Source of the DNA: an uncultured Spirochaetota bacterium
GTDB lineage: Bacteria > Spirochaetota > Brevinematia > Brevinematales > JAOACQ01
Direction: 5' to 3'
Assembly (NCBI GenBank): GCA_963783575.1
Contig: CAWAOD010000014.1
Coordinates: forward strand, 256,001-320,000
Length of the DNA: 64,000 bases
The notes under the pieces were generated by a model. It saw only the letters and a list, made by a program, of their open reading frames with translations, made no database searches and had not been told where the DNA came from. The translations under genes were made by a program, and so were the position numbers. Positions 1 through 10,600 of the stretch are shown here, piece after piece (position 1 is the first letter of the stretch; each line of letters starts with the position of its first letter).

Positions 1-212
1 ACTAAAAGTTTAAAAATAAAATTTATCTTTTTTTGAATCTGGATAAAAGCGATAATAAATCCGGTAACGGCTATTAAATAATTCAGCCAGAAAATTGTAT
101 TGCCGCTGCCGGAAAAAATTAAGATTGTTAAGGAAAAGTAAATAATCCCGGATATGGAAGATACAATAATCCCAAGAAATATTTTGTAAAAGAGCCTGCT
201 TTGTTCAATCAT
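1..212 (-). CDS. Membrane protein, 5' part only (runs off the window); third gene of the moxR-DUF58 operon
   Basis: Manual translation from ATG at 212: MIEQSRLFYKIFLGIIVSSISGIIYFSLTILIFSGSGNTIFWLNYLIAVTGF..., hydrophobic and open to the window edge; starts 6 nt after the DUF58 stop. Confidence 0.65.
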   Translation of the reverse strand, partial: MIEQSRLFYKIFLGIIVSSISGIIYFSLTILIFSGSGNTIFWLNYLIAVTGFIIAFIQIQKKINFIFKLL

Positions 213-218
213 ATTTAT

Positions 219-1400
219 TTATATCCTTAAAAAATTCACAAAACCATTTCTAATCTCAGCAAAAAAACACTGGAATCCGATGTTCCAGAGACTCAATTTT
301 CTGTTGATTGCAGGACCAATATTAACAATTGTAATTATAAAACCTTTTTCCCTTAAATATATAAGTTTTGACAATGATTCATCATCCAGATCGGGCGTAA
401 ATATAAAGAGATTCATACCCCAGGTCAGATCGAGCATACACCTGTCCAGAACCTCTTTTAATACGATGTTTTTGTTTGCTTCAATAACGGCAAGATCGGA
501 TAAAATTGCCATAAGATGCCTCCCTCTCCGGCCTGTATTATGATAAAGTATGGTATCGGAGTCATTCATCCTGCAATTTGATATCAGGCCAATGTCCTGC
601 TTCAAATTATAAAAATTTCTAAGTACGGAAGTTATTATCTCAATAGCCCTATCTATGTGATATTCCATTTTTCTTATATTGTAATCATCTTCAAACAAAT
701 TTAATATCAGCAGATTTCCTGAAGAAACCGTTTGCTGGTAGTGATTGACAATAATTCTGTTGTGTTTAGCGGAAAGTTTCCAGTTGATTTTTTTTACCTC
801 ATCCCCGAATTGGTAGTCATGGAAGCCTTTAATGACCGAAGGATCTTCAAACAAAGGCATGTAATTTTTTATCAAACCCAGAGGCTGTAAACTTCTGATC
901 GGCATATTGATAACCGGGAATGAATCAGGATAAACAATAACATCTTTAACAGTGTTTACTTCATAATTTTTTGAGAAAAGTCCGATTAAATCGGTAAAAT
1001 ATAATTCAGATGGGCCGATTAAATATTTCCCCCTTTTTCTACCCCGAACCGGTAATTTTATATTTTCTATGCCTTTTTTTGTGAATGAAACAATATAAGC
1101 GGGCTGATGGGTAACTGTTAAATTAAGATCAAGACGGTCTTTAATCTCAATAGCATGAATGGGAATAATCATTTTATTATCAACCGATAATGTGATTTCC
1201 TCATTAATTCCAATAAACACGGCTGCTTCTTCGGTATCTCTACCGAGATATAAATATTTCCTGATAAACCTCACATACAGGTAGTTCAAAATTATCAATA
1301 TTAAAATTCCATAAACGGCTAATTTTAATCCCGGAAAATTGATAAATATGAAATTTATTAATATTAGTATGGCTAAAATAATCAGTTTAGCAGATCTCAT
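219..1400 (-). CDS. DUF58 domain protein (MoxR partner)
   Basis: N-terminal TM segments, RGKYLIGP..DLIGLF, VIVYP, GFHDYQFGDEVKKINWKLSAK motif; follows moxR. Confidence 0.85.
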   Translation of the reverse strand: MRSAKLIILAILILINFIFINFPGLKLAVYGILILIILNYLYVRFIRKYLYLGRDTEEAAVFIGINEEITLSVDNKMIIPIHAIEIKDRLDLNLTVTHQPAYIVSFTKKGIENIKLPVRGRKRGKYLIGPSELYFTDLIGLFSKNYEVNTVKDVIVYPDSFPVINMPIRSLQPLGLIKNYMPLFEDPSVIKGFHDYQFGDEVKKINWKLSAKHNRIIVNHYQQTVSSGNLLILNLFEDDYNIRKMEYHIDRAIEIITSVLRNFYNLKQDIGLISNCRMNDSDTILYHNTGRRGRHLMAILSDLAVIEANKNIVLKEVLDRCMLDLTWGMNLFIFTPDLDDESLSKLIYLREKGFIITIVNIGPAINRKLSLWNIGFQCFFAEIRNGFVNFLRI

Positions 1401-1432
1401 TTATTGTATCCTAATTTGTTTCGGCATGCTTG

Positions 1433-2379
1433 TTAAACCTGAATCGGTACGGCAATGTTTGTCAGAATTTTTTCAATGATATTCTCCGGCCTTACATTTT
1501 TCAGCTTTGTTTCCGACCGGATGATTATTCTGTGTTTGAGTATATCCGCGGCGAGAGATTTTATATCTTCGGGAATTACATAATCCCTGCCGTTTATTGC
1601 CGCATTTGCCTGGGCCGCTTTATACAATGCAATGCTTCCTCGTGGAGAGGCTCCAGCAGAATCCCCGGATCATTACGGGTTGCTGCTGTTATTTTAATTA
1701 TATATTCCCTTAATGAATTTTCAACATGAACCTTTGGGATCATAAATTGAATATTCATAATCTTATTGATATCCAATACTGGCAAAATTGTATTTATAGG
1801 ATGGGACTGGTTCTGCATTAAAATTATCTCTTCCTCTTCCTTATTATCGGGATAACCGATTGTAAGACTGACAAAAAATCGGTCAAGCTGTGCTTCGGGA
1901 AGTGGAAAAGTCCCTTCAAACTCAATCGGATTTTCAGTGGCAATTACAAAAAAAAGTTTAGAAAGGGCAAGTGTAATTCCTTCAACTGAAATCTGGTTTT
2001 CTCCCATGGCTTCCAGCATTGCGGATTGGGTTTTTGGCGTTGTGCGGTTTATTTCATCAACTAGAATAATTTCGGAAAAAAGAGGTCCTTTTCTAAATTC
2101 AAATTTTTTAGTATCGGAATTATAGATTGAAAATCCTATTATGTCCGCTGGAAGCAAATCGGGTGTTCCCTGAACTCTTTTAAAAGATGCGTCAATCGAT
2201 TTTGCTATGGCTCTGGCAAGCATTGTTTTGCCAAGGCCGGGTACATCATCTAGAAGAACATGACCTTTGCAAAAAAGAGCAATAAGAGCTTTTTCTATAA
2301 TGTTCCTTTTACCTATAATCACTTTCTCAATGTTTGCCGTCAATTTTGCAGAATAAAGCTGAATTTCCTCAAATTCCAT
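1433..2379 (-). CDS. moxR: MoxR-family AAA+ ATPase, split by a 1-nt frameshift near 1653 (probable sequencing error)
   Basis: GHVLLDDVPGLGKT, DLLPADIIG, DEINRTTPKTQSA, ATENPIEFEGTFPLPEAQLDRF; adding one G restores GASPRGSIALYKAAQ..GRDYVIPEDIK. Confidence 0.9.
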
Positions 2380-2465
2380 AATTGCTCCTTACTCAAAACT
2401 TTTGACATTACTCAAATTTTAATATACGGTAGAAGTTGGTTTAATGATTTGTTTTTTTGTTATTT

Positions 2466-2493
2466 TTGACAATATAATAAAATATGATAAAAT
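2466..2493 (+). promoter_or_regulatory. Putative sigma70 promoter of the SprA-like gene
   Basis: TTGACA (2466) - 16 nt - TAAAAT (2488) with a TGn extension; implies the real start is TTG at 2538. Confidence 0.45.
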
Positions 2494-5400
2494 GTAAGTC
2501 AAAGATTTGGCATTCAGGAGTTCTGGGAAGGATATTTTTGAAAAAAATCATTTTATCCCTCGTATTGGCTTTTATTTCCGGACAGGCTATTGCAGAATCG
2601 AACACAATTAATACTCTTCAAACCAATAAGTTAGAAATCACATTGCAAACAAATCAAACCGGTTCAAACCCAATCGGGGATCTTGACATCAGCCGTAAAG
2701 TGCATCCAATGCTTTATAATTTTATAACAAATACAAGGGTTATAACTAATTTTACTGTCGAGAATGGTATTACGAATTATTTTATTACCAATACCAATAT
2801 TATTTTTATTTTTTACGACCCGTTCATGCCAGTTATAGATATTAATTCGAAAGACGACTTGAAGATTGCTATAGAAAATATGCTTTTTCCAATGGATGAA
2901 ATAATGTTTCAATATCCCGAAACAAAGAATCAAAAAAAAAGACGCTTATCCACTGGAATTAAATTGCTATCGGAAGATGAAATGAATCGGTTTTCGGAAA
3001 ACGCATTTATAAAATATTTGTACAGAAAAACAACTGGAAATCTTGAATTTTCACCTGAAGAGAAAAAACATTTTAATATGGGATTCGAACAATGGGAGAC
3101 CAAAATTATTGTCAGCGGCTGGGTTACTTTAAGCGCAGGTTACGGATCGGTATTCAAGGACGAAGCTTATCAGCAGGCATTACCTGGAATATTCCAGGGG
3201 TTTGATCTAAATCAAACAATGAGAGTTAATGTGGTAGGAAAAATAGGCGATAGAATACAGGTGAACATTAATCATAGTTCCGACAGCCCGGATAATGAGT
3301 ATGAGATAGCTTACAAGGCGCTTCCAACAGACACCGGCATACTTAAAGAACTCAGGGCTGGTAATATATCCCTGAATATACCTCAATCAAGCTATTTCGT
3401 AAAATATGAAGGGACTACCAAAGACAGTTATGGATTGAAGGCAGTCTTTGGCGTTGGGGATGTTGAAGTTCAGACTGTGCTTAACCTGACTCAAAACCAG
3501 AAGGGATATAAAAAATATGTGGGCACAAGACAGCTGGTACAAAGCATTATTCCTGATATAAACTATGTAAAAAGGAAATATTTTTTACTGCCAGATAAAT
3601 CAATAGATAATGGTACCATAGAATTACTGATTTCGACCAATTATTCATATAGCAGGCTTGTAGATGGACAGCCTTATCGTATTATGGTAGAAAGTATCGA
3701 TTATTTTGTTAATAATTCAACAGGAGAATTGACTTTAATTAACAATCTGGATAGAAATAGCAGCCTTATAGTTAGATATACCAGCGGCGGAACATTATTT
3801 ACAACAGATTATAACAGTACAGTTGGTACAGACGATAAAGGCGGCAAATACTTATATCTTTGGCAGCCTACAAAAAACTTTTCACCATACTTACATAATG
3901 GTTATTATAATATAGGATATAGAAATTTCGATCCTACAAGGGGTTTTTCTCTATCTGTAGTTTATTCATCGGATAAATCAAAACTAGCACCATTCCAGTT
4001 CATGCCATCCGATTATGTATTAAGCCCGATAAATGGTACCATAAAATTCAATAATCCTGAACCCTTTCCCGACAGTCTTGGACGGATCTATACCAATGCA
4101 ACCGATCCTGTTGATTCCGATTCACAGTATACGATGATAATTAATTTTTATAACCAGGTTGCCTCATACCAGCTTGATTATGGAATAATAGCTGGAACAG
4201 AAAGGATTTATGTGAATGGAAGGCTTCTTAATACAAGTGAATATACAATTGTGTATTCCATCGGGGAATTATATTTTAATAATTCATCATTAATCAACGA
4301 TAATGATGTAATTGAGATTTATTATGAATATAAACCGTTCTGGAGCGGTTCACAAAAGCTTGGAGTGGCAACTCGTATTGATTGGAAACCTTCCAAAATA
4401 TTTAATCTTGGGAGTACAATAGTTTACAACATTTCACAGAGGGATCCGGGTGCTCCAAATATTACTGCAACTCCTGACGGTGTATTTCTTTCGGATATTG
4501 ATGGTATTCTGGATGTTGCCAGGCTGCTAAACCTTTCTGAAGATATCAATTTAACCCTTAAAGCTGAATTTGCCCTGTCGGTTTTTAATCCTAATACTAT
4601 AGGTTATGCCATAATTGACGACTTTGAAAATGCCGGTGATTCATTCAGTGTTTCTAAAATTGAAAATAAATGGATTTTGTGCGCTCCTACAATGTCAATC
4701 AGTAATATTACATACACCAATCGCGGAAATCTACTTTATAAAGACTATCGATATTATAACCTGGATGGAAGTTTTTCGCTCATGAATGATTCAACCCCGC
4801 TAACGCCGGATAAGATGTTGGATTATTCTTTTAAACCGGGGCCGTATGTCGCATTTGGCGGTCATCTGGATCCTTCACAATATCCTAATATTGATCAATC
4901 ATCTTTGATATTTGACTATGATTTCAGACAGGGCGGAAATTGGGTTGGAGCTGCCCTCAGTCTGGCGGGTTCAGCCGGAGTTGATTTAAGCGAATATAAT
5001 CAAATAACATTCTGGGCTAAACTTCAGAGTGACCCGAATGGAGATAATAATTTTGAGGACAATCAAAATACAAGTGTTGATTTATATTTAGCTGCAGGGC
5101 AATTGAATGAGGATAGCGACGGTGATGGCATTCTTGAGCACGAATTGGACAGTGCACAGGCAGGATATGATTTTCATGATTATATAAATCCGAATATTGT
5201 AGTAACACATGTCGGCAGAGGGCGGCAGGGCGGAGGAGACGGTTTTGTTCAGACAGAGGATTTAAACGGTAATGGAATGCTGGATACAAATGAGAATGTC
5301 GTGATTTTTCCTTCACCCGGTTATACCGATTTAAGTAATGCTACTGTCAGCGAGGGGAGCTGGCAGAAATTTACAATAAATATAAGCTCGCTTAATTCAA

Positions 5401-8309
5401 CACAGGTTTCAAATCTTCAGCATGTTTCAGATCTTGGTTTATATATTGTAAAAAGAAATGGAGTTAAAGGCCGGGTTCTTATCGATTCCATCAGTTTTAA
5501 TAAAGTAAGCTGGAGTGATAAAATTATTGACGGCATTCTTGCTGATGAATCAACTGCCATTGAAGGCGACAGCGTTTCAGTATTTAACAATCCGGAATAT
5601 GCTGCTAACCGCTTTTATAATCCTCAGTCAAGTGATTCAAATACACAGGATAGATCAAGGATTTTTGAAAAACTTCATGGACCGAAAACCATTTCCGAGG
5701 CTAACCAATACAATGAGAAATCTCTTGAGATTGTCTACCATCTTTCCAATGCGACTATTAATACAAATATTTTACCTATTTCAGGCGGGACAACTGGTGT
5801 ACTTATTAAAAGATATTCTTTTTCAATCGATATTTCAAAATATAAGTATCTAAATTATTATATTTATATTCCCGATAAGGATGAAACAGGAGCAGCTATC
5901 AAATTACCGGGAGATACTTATACAAATGAAAACCTGGTATTTATTCTTGGAAACTCAGTTAATAGTTATTATAAATGGAAATTGCCTCTTAATTATATCG
6001 ATAAGAATGCATGGCATAATATCCAGATTAATATTTACGATCAACTCAAACAATTGATAGATAACCAAACAATTGACGGCTATGATAAACCAATTTCGAC
6101 AGGGTTTCCAAATGTTCAGGATATTAATTATATTGAGATTGGGGTAGAGACCTCTTCTACAAATGAACCGGTCAATAATGGTGTTATCTGGGTTAATGAG
6201 ATGTATGTATCTTCTGATATAAGCAGCATAGGGACCGCGTATTATATCAATCCTTCATTTGAATACAAAAAGCCGATTTGTAGCATAAATTCATTTGAAA
6301 TACTCGGACCTCTGTCTTTGAATTTTACATACGAAAACAGGGATTTTAATTTTATACCATCTGAAGGAAGTAAAATCGGAACTTATAATAATAATTATGA
6401 TTTCAGTTATTCTTCACGATTATTCAAAAACATCAATTATAGTTTTTCAATTAATGAAAACAAACAGGGAACCTCCACAAATGAGCTTGATATGCCGGAA
6501 TACCTTCAATGGAACGATCAGGTGGATGTTTTTAATTTTCTAGTTTCATACCTTTCAAAAGAATATATACCTTCTGTTAATCACTCTTTTACAGAAAGTT
6601 TTGAGACAAAACTGGCCAGAAATTTAATCAGCTCAGATAGCAATGACTATATAATGGATATTCAGAATGAGCAGTACAGTAGTTCTGCAAAGATTAGTTT
6701 AAATGAATTTATTCCTGTTGTTAATGGTTTTTCTATGAATCCCAGATTTAGTTTTGAAGATTCGTATTATATTATAGACCAGTCAAATTATACAAACGAT
6801 CAGGATCAATTTTACCTTACCAATGATTCAATATTCGGTATGAAAGATTTAAAAAAGTCGTTAACCGCCGGCGTCGGATTTTCTGTCTGGGTTTTTAATT
6901 TAAACGGTGATTTTCTGCAGTCTATAGAAAAATATTCGATGATAAATGATTTTGATGGATACCGCTCTGACATTGACAATCAAAAGAAATTACTGATAAA
7001 TGACCGCTACAGCCAGAGGCTTGAGGGAATTTCTCAGGGGTTTTATTTTCCGGATGAACCTTATGATAAAGGCAATTCGGATTCATATAACATTTCATTT
7101 AGCGGCGATAGACCGATTCCATACTTCAGTTTCTGGCTTAATGACAGGATCGGAAGAGAAGCTACGGCTTTCAGTTATGATTATAATTCTCAGAACCTGC
7201 TTTCAAAATCCGAAAAATATGGATTGGGATGTGATTATAAACTCAATTTATATCCCAAGGAGTTTTTGTTATTGGATTCGATACAGCTAAGGATGAATAG
7301 GGCCATTGATATGAATTATCAAACCATGAACTCAAATATATACTACACAAATGTTTTACCGAAATACGGTGAAATATATTATAACCAACCCGGTAATTAT
7401 TCGGCTTTTTTTAATGGAAACGCCGGTAGGACAAATAGTTTGAATCTTGTTACATATTTTTCAGAAGCCGGATACAACAGCAGTGTAAATTTCTCGGATA
7501 CAATCGGTATCGATTTAATGATGTCTGATATAAAGAATTTTCTCAGGAATTTCATACCAAACCGTTATAATTTTTCGACTACGCTTGTAACCTCCAGAAA
7601 TCTTAGTTCATATGGTCAGAGACTGGATAATTTATTTGGAACATCATTACCGTTAAGACTTTCAGAGTGGAAAATACCATTTATTAAGCAGGATAGTGAC
7701 TTCAGGATTGGCGATATTCAGCTTGGATTTAATTTTGAAAATATTGCAGATTATAATGTTAGAAAAACGACAGATATTATATCTGGCAATGCTAACGAAA
7801 CACTTCAGATTAACCGGTATATCAATCTTGTTTTATTTTATCAGCTTGATTATAGCGGAGAGAGCAATATTACTACTTCCGAGCCGTTTGAAGCCCAATA
7901 CGGCTTTCCTGCGCAACCTCCAAATACTTCAGCTATGACAAAATACAGCCATACAGGCAGGATAAATTTTAATTGGATGATTGATAATATCAAAGATTTG
8001 AATTTAATATTATTCAAGATAAATTTAAGAGGATCTACAGTTAATAATAAAGAAGGTGTTTCTATAACCGGCGACTCAATAGATTATGATGGAAATAATT
8101 TTACTCCATACAGCCAGAAGATATTCGAAATAACTATTGATCACCAAACACAGCTGGCATTATCAGATTATGTAACTGGAAATCTGGATCTTAAATGTTT
8201 GATAAATCAATATGCTGATGTAGCTCCGATAGACAGCGGAAAGCAAATAACCTATTTTCAACCAGGTTTTGGGTTTCAGACTTCAATTGATGTAAGAATC
8301 AAATTTTGA
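2484..8309 (+). CDS. Large outer-membrane protein, SprA/Sov (T9SS translocon)-like; likely start TTG 2538 (MKKIILSLVLAFISGQAIA signal peptide)
   Basis: FDLNQTMRVNVVGKIGDRIQVNINH...LKELRAGNISLNIP, IIDDFE, TEDLNGNGMLDTNE and GVIWVNEMYVS resemble SprA blocks; beta-strand-like C-terminal half ending in Phe. Confidence 0.65.
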   Translation: MIKCKSKIWHSGVLGRIFLKKIILSLVLAFISGQAIAESNTINTLQTNKLEITLQTNQTGSNPIGDLDISRKVHPMLYNFITNTRVITNFTVENGITNYFITNTNIIFIFYDPFMPVIDINSKDDLKIAIENMLFPMDEIMFQYPETKNQKKRRLSTGIKLLSEDEMNRFSENAFIKYLYRKTTGNLEFSPEEKKHFNMGFEQWETKIIVSGWVTLSAGYGSVFKDEAYQQALPGIFQGFDLNQTMRVNVVGKIGDRIQVNINHSSDSPDNEYEIAYKALPTDTGILKELRAGNISLNIPQSSYFVKYEGTTKDSYGLKAVFGVGDVEVQTVLNLTQNQKGYKKYVGTRQLVQSIIPDINYVKRKYFLLPDKSIDNGTIELLISTNYSYSRLVDGQPYRIMVESIDYFVNNSTGELTLINNLDRNSSLIVRYTSGGTLFTTDYNSTVGTDDKGGKYLYLWQPTKNFSPYLHNGYYNIGYRNFDPTRGFSLSVVYSSDKSKLAPFQFMPSDYVLSPINGTIKFNNPEPFPDSLGRIYTNATDPVDSDSQYTMIINFYNQVASYQLDYGIIAGTERIYVNGRLLNTSEYTIVYSIGELYFNNSSLINDNDVIEIYYEYKPFWSGSQKLGVATRIDWKPSKIFNLGSTIVYNISQRDPGAPNITATPDGVFLSDIDGILDVARLLNLSEDINLTLKAEFALSVFNPNTIGYAIIDDFENAGDSFSVSKIENKWILCAPTMSISNITYTNRGNLLYKDYRYYNLDGSFSLMNDSTPLTPDKMLDYSFKPGPYVAFGGHLDPSQYPNIDQSSLIFDYDFRQGGNWVGAALSLAGSAGVDLSEYNQITFWAKLQSDPNGDNNFEDNQNTSVDLYLAAGQLNEDSDGDGILEHELDSAQAGYDFHDYINPNIVVTHVGRGRQGGGDGFVQTEDLNGNGMLDTNENVVIFPSPGYTDLSNATVSEGSWQKFTINISSLNSTQVSNLQHVSDLGLYIVKRNGVKGRVLIDSISFNKVSWSDKIIDGILADESTAIEGDSVSVFNNPEYAANRFYNPQSSDSNTQDRSRIFEKLHGPKTISEANQYNEKSLEIVYHLSNATINTNILPISGGTTGVLIKRYSFSIDISKYKYLNYYIYIPDKDETGAAIKLPGDTYTNENLVFILGNSVNSYYKWKLPLNYIDKNAWHNIQINIYDQLKQLIDNQTIDGYDKPISTGFPNVQDINYIEIGVETSSTNEPVNNGVIWVNEMYVSSDISSIGTAYYINPSFEYKKPICSINSFEILGPLSLNFTYENRDFNFIPSEGSKIGTYNNNYDFSYSSRLFKNINYSFSINENKQGTSTNELDMPEYLQWNDQVDVFNFLVSYLSKEYIPSVNHSFTESFETKLARNLISSDSNDYIMDIQNEQYSSSAKISLNEFIPVVNGFSMNPRFSFEDSYYIIDQSNYTNDQDQFYLTNDSIFGMKDLKKSLTAGVGFSVWVFNLNGDFLQSIEKYSMINDFDGYRSDIDNQKKLLINDRYSQRLEGISQGFYFPDEPYDKGNSDSYNISFSGDRPIPYFSFWLNDRIGREATAFSYDYNSQNLLSKSEKYGLGCDYKLNLYPKEFLLLDSIQLRMNRAIDMNYQTMNSNIYYTNVLPKYGEIYYNQPGNYSAFFNGNAGRTNSLNLVTYFSEAGYNSSVNFSDTIGIDLMMSDIKNFLRNFIPNRYNFSTTLVTSRNLSSYGQRLDNLFGTSLPLRLSEWKIPFIKQDSDFRIGDIQLGFNFENIADYNVRKTTDIISGNANETLQINRYINLVLFYQLDYSGESNITTSEPFEAQYGFPAQPPNTSAMTKYSHTGRINFNWMIDNIKDLNLILFKINLRGSTVNNKEGVSITGDSIDYDGNNFTPYSQKIFEITIDHQTQLALSDYVTGNLDLKCLINQYADVAPIDSGKQITYFQPGFGFQTSIDVRIKF

Positions 8310-8467
8310 AGCATTCTTTTTGCCTCAGTTTTCAACATTTTATGAAGCTAATCCTGCGAGCTTATCCTTAATCTGAAAATGGTTTATGTTATTAATCACT
8401 TGATTAAAGAATCTTTAAAATTTATAATTATAAAGAATATCACTTCGGTAGTTTCAATACAGATTTT

Positions 8468-9055
8468 ATGTTTAATTTACAAATATATGATCGTAATATG
8501 TATCGTTTTATGATTTTGTTATATGTCTTTATTATTAGTTTTTATGCTGTTGACATTTCATTTTCACATAACTATGAATATGAGAAAAAAGTTAAATGGG
8601 GCATAGTAAATAGGGTTGTTGACGGTGATACTATTGCCGCTATAGTTGAAGGACAATATGAAAAGATACGTCTATTATTCATCGATGCTATGGAAAGCAG
8701 GAATAACCCAAAATTTAGGAGGGATCTGGATTATTATAAAGAAAATAATATAATGATTGAAAAGAAAGATCTTATAGAACTAGGAAAACAGGCGGCATAT
8801 TATTTAAGGTCACGGTTGCCGGCCGGATCTATAATTAAGCTGGAAATTATTGATGGCAAAGAAAGAGACAGATATAACCGTATTCTGGCTCTAATATACT
8901 ATAACAATATTAATATTAATCTTGAACTTGTGGCTAAAGGCTATGCTCGAACCTATTTTATCGGCTATACACCGGAAAAAGAAAAAGATGAATTTCTTAT
9001 AATTGAAAATGAAGCCCGTCATAAAAATCTGGGTATCTGGAGAGTATTGAAATAA
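8468..9055 (+). CDS. Thermonuclease (SNase) family protein
   Basis: VVDGDTI, KIRLLFIDAME, RDRYNRILALIY, NLELVAKGYAR, ENEARHKNLGIW. Confidence 0.9.
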   Translation: MFNLQIYDRNMYRFMILLYVFIISFYAVDISFSHNYEYEKKVKWGIVNRVVDGDTIAAIVEGQYEKIRLLFIDAMESRNNPKFRRDLDYYKENNIMIEKKDLIELGKQAAYYLRSRLPAGSIIKLEIIDGKERDRYNRILALIYYNNININLELVAKGYARTYFIGYTPEKEKDEFLIIENEARHKNLGIWRVLK

Positions 9056-9058
9056 AAT

Positions 9059-9191
9059 CAGTCACTCAGTTTGCCAGTCAGTTAGTCAGTAAGTCTGCAA
9101 AAAGAAAGCAAATATTTATGTTATAAACTAATCAAGTAACAGACTAACTGACTAATTAACTAACCAACTAAAAAGGCAAACTAAACGACTA
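9059..9191. repeat. Two arrays of degenerate 8-bp tandem repeats in inverted orientation
   Basis: Left: cagtcact cagtttgc cagtcagt tagtcagt aagtctgc. Right: ataaacta atcaagta acagacta actgacta attaacta accaacta..gcaaacta aacgacta. Perfect 12-bp IR at 9076-9087 / 9142-9153. Confidence 0.75.
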
Positions 9192-9192
9192 A

Positions 9193-9221
9193 TTGACAAA
9201 TTGTTATCTGTACGGTATATT
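9193..9221 (+). promoter_or_regulatory. Sigma70-type promoter
   Basis: TTGACA-N17-TATATT upstream of a GGAGG RBS; the ORF-track TTG start at 9193 is the -35 box. Confidence 0.55.
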
Positions 9222-9261
9222 CATGATTAATATTACAGCCAATTTGATAAGGGAGGTAATT

Positions 9262-9813
9262 GTGAGGATGGAAAGTTTTTTATTTTCCGGTGTTTTTTGG
9301 GGTGGTATTTTAGTTCTTTGGGGTATTTCTATTATAATAAATACAATGTTTCATGTAAATATTCCAATCTTTAGAATTATACTGGCATTTATATTTGTAT
9401 ATATTGGTTTCAAAATGCTCTGGGGCGGTTATAAATTCGGCAGTAAAGTTGAAAGGAATACGGTTATTTTCAGTGATACCCGAATGAAGTTTAATCCATC
9501 AGATGAAAATAACGAATATAATGTAATTTTTGGGAAGAGTGAACTGGATCTTACCGGGATATCAGTAGCCAATAAAAGTGAGAGAATCAGGGTTAACGTT
9601 ATTTTTGGAGAAGGCATAGTTGAAGTAAATCCCGATACTCCTCTTAAAGTTGATGCAAGTGCTGTATTTGCAGGCGCATTTACTCCCGATGAAACTGTAA
9701 CTTCTTTCGGGCATCATATATATCGTTCACCGAGTTATAAAAAAGATGAAAATTCTCTGGAGATTGAAGCAAATTGTGTATTTGGCGGTGTCCGCATACT
9801 TAATAGAAAATAG
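9262..9813 (+). CDS. LiaF/DUF2154-like membrane protein (start GTG 9262 or ATG 9268)
   Basis: Two N-terminal TM helices, then repeated VIFG/VFAG/VFGG beta units; RBS GGGAGG at 9251. Confidence 0.7.
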   Translation: MRMESFLFSGVFWGGILVLWGISIIINTMFHVNIPIFRIILAFIFVYIGFKMLWGGYKFGSKVERNTVIFSDTRMKFNPSDENNEYNVIFGKSELDLTGISVANKSERIRVNVIFGEGIVEVNPDTPLKVDASAVFAGAFTPDETVTSFGHHIYRSPSYKKDENSLEIEANCVFGGVRILNRK

Positions 9814-9815
9814 CT

Positions 9816-10499
9816 TTATTCTTTTTTATATTTTTCACAAGAATTATGCGCTAATTGTACAGGAAGCGGCAGTTTATAGTTAGTAATCAGTTTTTTTACA
9901 ATTTCAAGAGAACTTTGAGGAGATACTTTATATCCCGTTGATATGAAAATCGGCTTAATGTTTTCCTTTGATCTCAATACATAACCTACTAATAATCCGT
10001 TTACGGTCAATTCGGTAATTGAGAATTTTTTATTTTCCGGCATTTTAAATCCGTCGCTGTATAAATGTGATTTTGCACAGCCAATTGTTGGCTTATCCAG
10101 TAATATGCCGGACATAGTGGCAATACCCATCATTCTCTGATGAGATAAACCCTGCCCATCAAATATAATAATATCAGGAATAATTTTTATTTTTTCATAA
10201 GCTTCATAGAATACAGGAAATTCTCTATAAAACAATAATCCAGGGATGTATGGAAAATTTATACTATTGTTAGAATATGATTCTTCGATTACAATCATCC
10301 GATCGGCATTAACAATAATTATCGCGCAATAACATTTTTCTTTCGTATATGCAAGATCAACACCGGCGATAATTTTAGAAGCGCTGTATTCATCTTTTAG
10401 AGAAATGTACTGCTCCATTTCTTTTTGAAATTTGATTGCTTCATCTATTTTTTTGCTTTTTGATATTTCCAGGACTTTTTGTATATAATCATATTTCAT
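9816..10499 (-). CDS. nfi: Endonuclease V
   Basis: IAGVDLAY, FPYIPGLLFYRE, IFDGQGLSHQRMMGIA, PTIGCAKS, KPIFISTG. Confidence 0.92.
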   Translation of the reverse strand: MKYDYIQKVLEISKSKKIDEAIKFQKEMEQYISLKDEYSASKIIAGVDLAYTKEKCYCAIIIVNADRMIVIEESYSNNSINFPYIPGLLFYREFPVFYEAYEKIKIIPDIIIFDGQGLSHQRMMGIATMSGILLDKPTIGCAKSHLYSDGFKMPENKKFSITELTVNGLLVGYVLRSKENIKPIFISTGYKVSPQSSLEIVKKLITNYKLPLPVQLAHNSCEKYKKE

Positions 10500-10600
10500 C
10501 TTAATTCCTTTTTTGCAATTATTTTATATTTTAAATATAATAAAATAAGAGTAAAAAAATTACTACTATTTAATCAATAGTTATTTATAGAGGCCTTTTT

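Noticed and set aside
9059..9191. Possible CRISPR array
   Set aside because: Units are 8-bp degenerate tandem repeats with no spacers, and no cas genes are in the window
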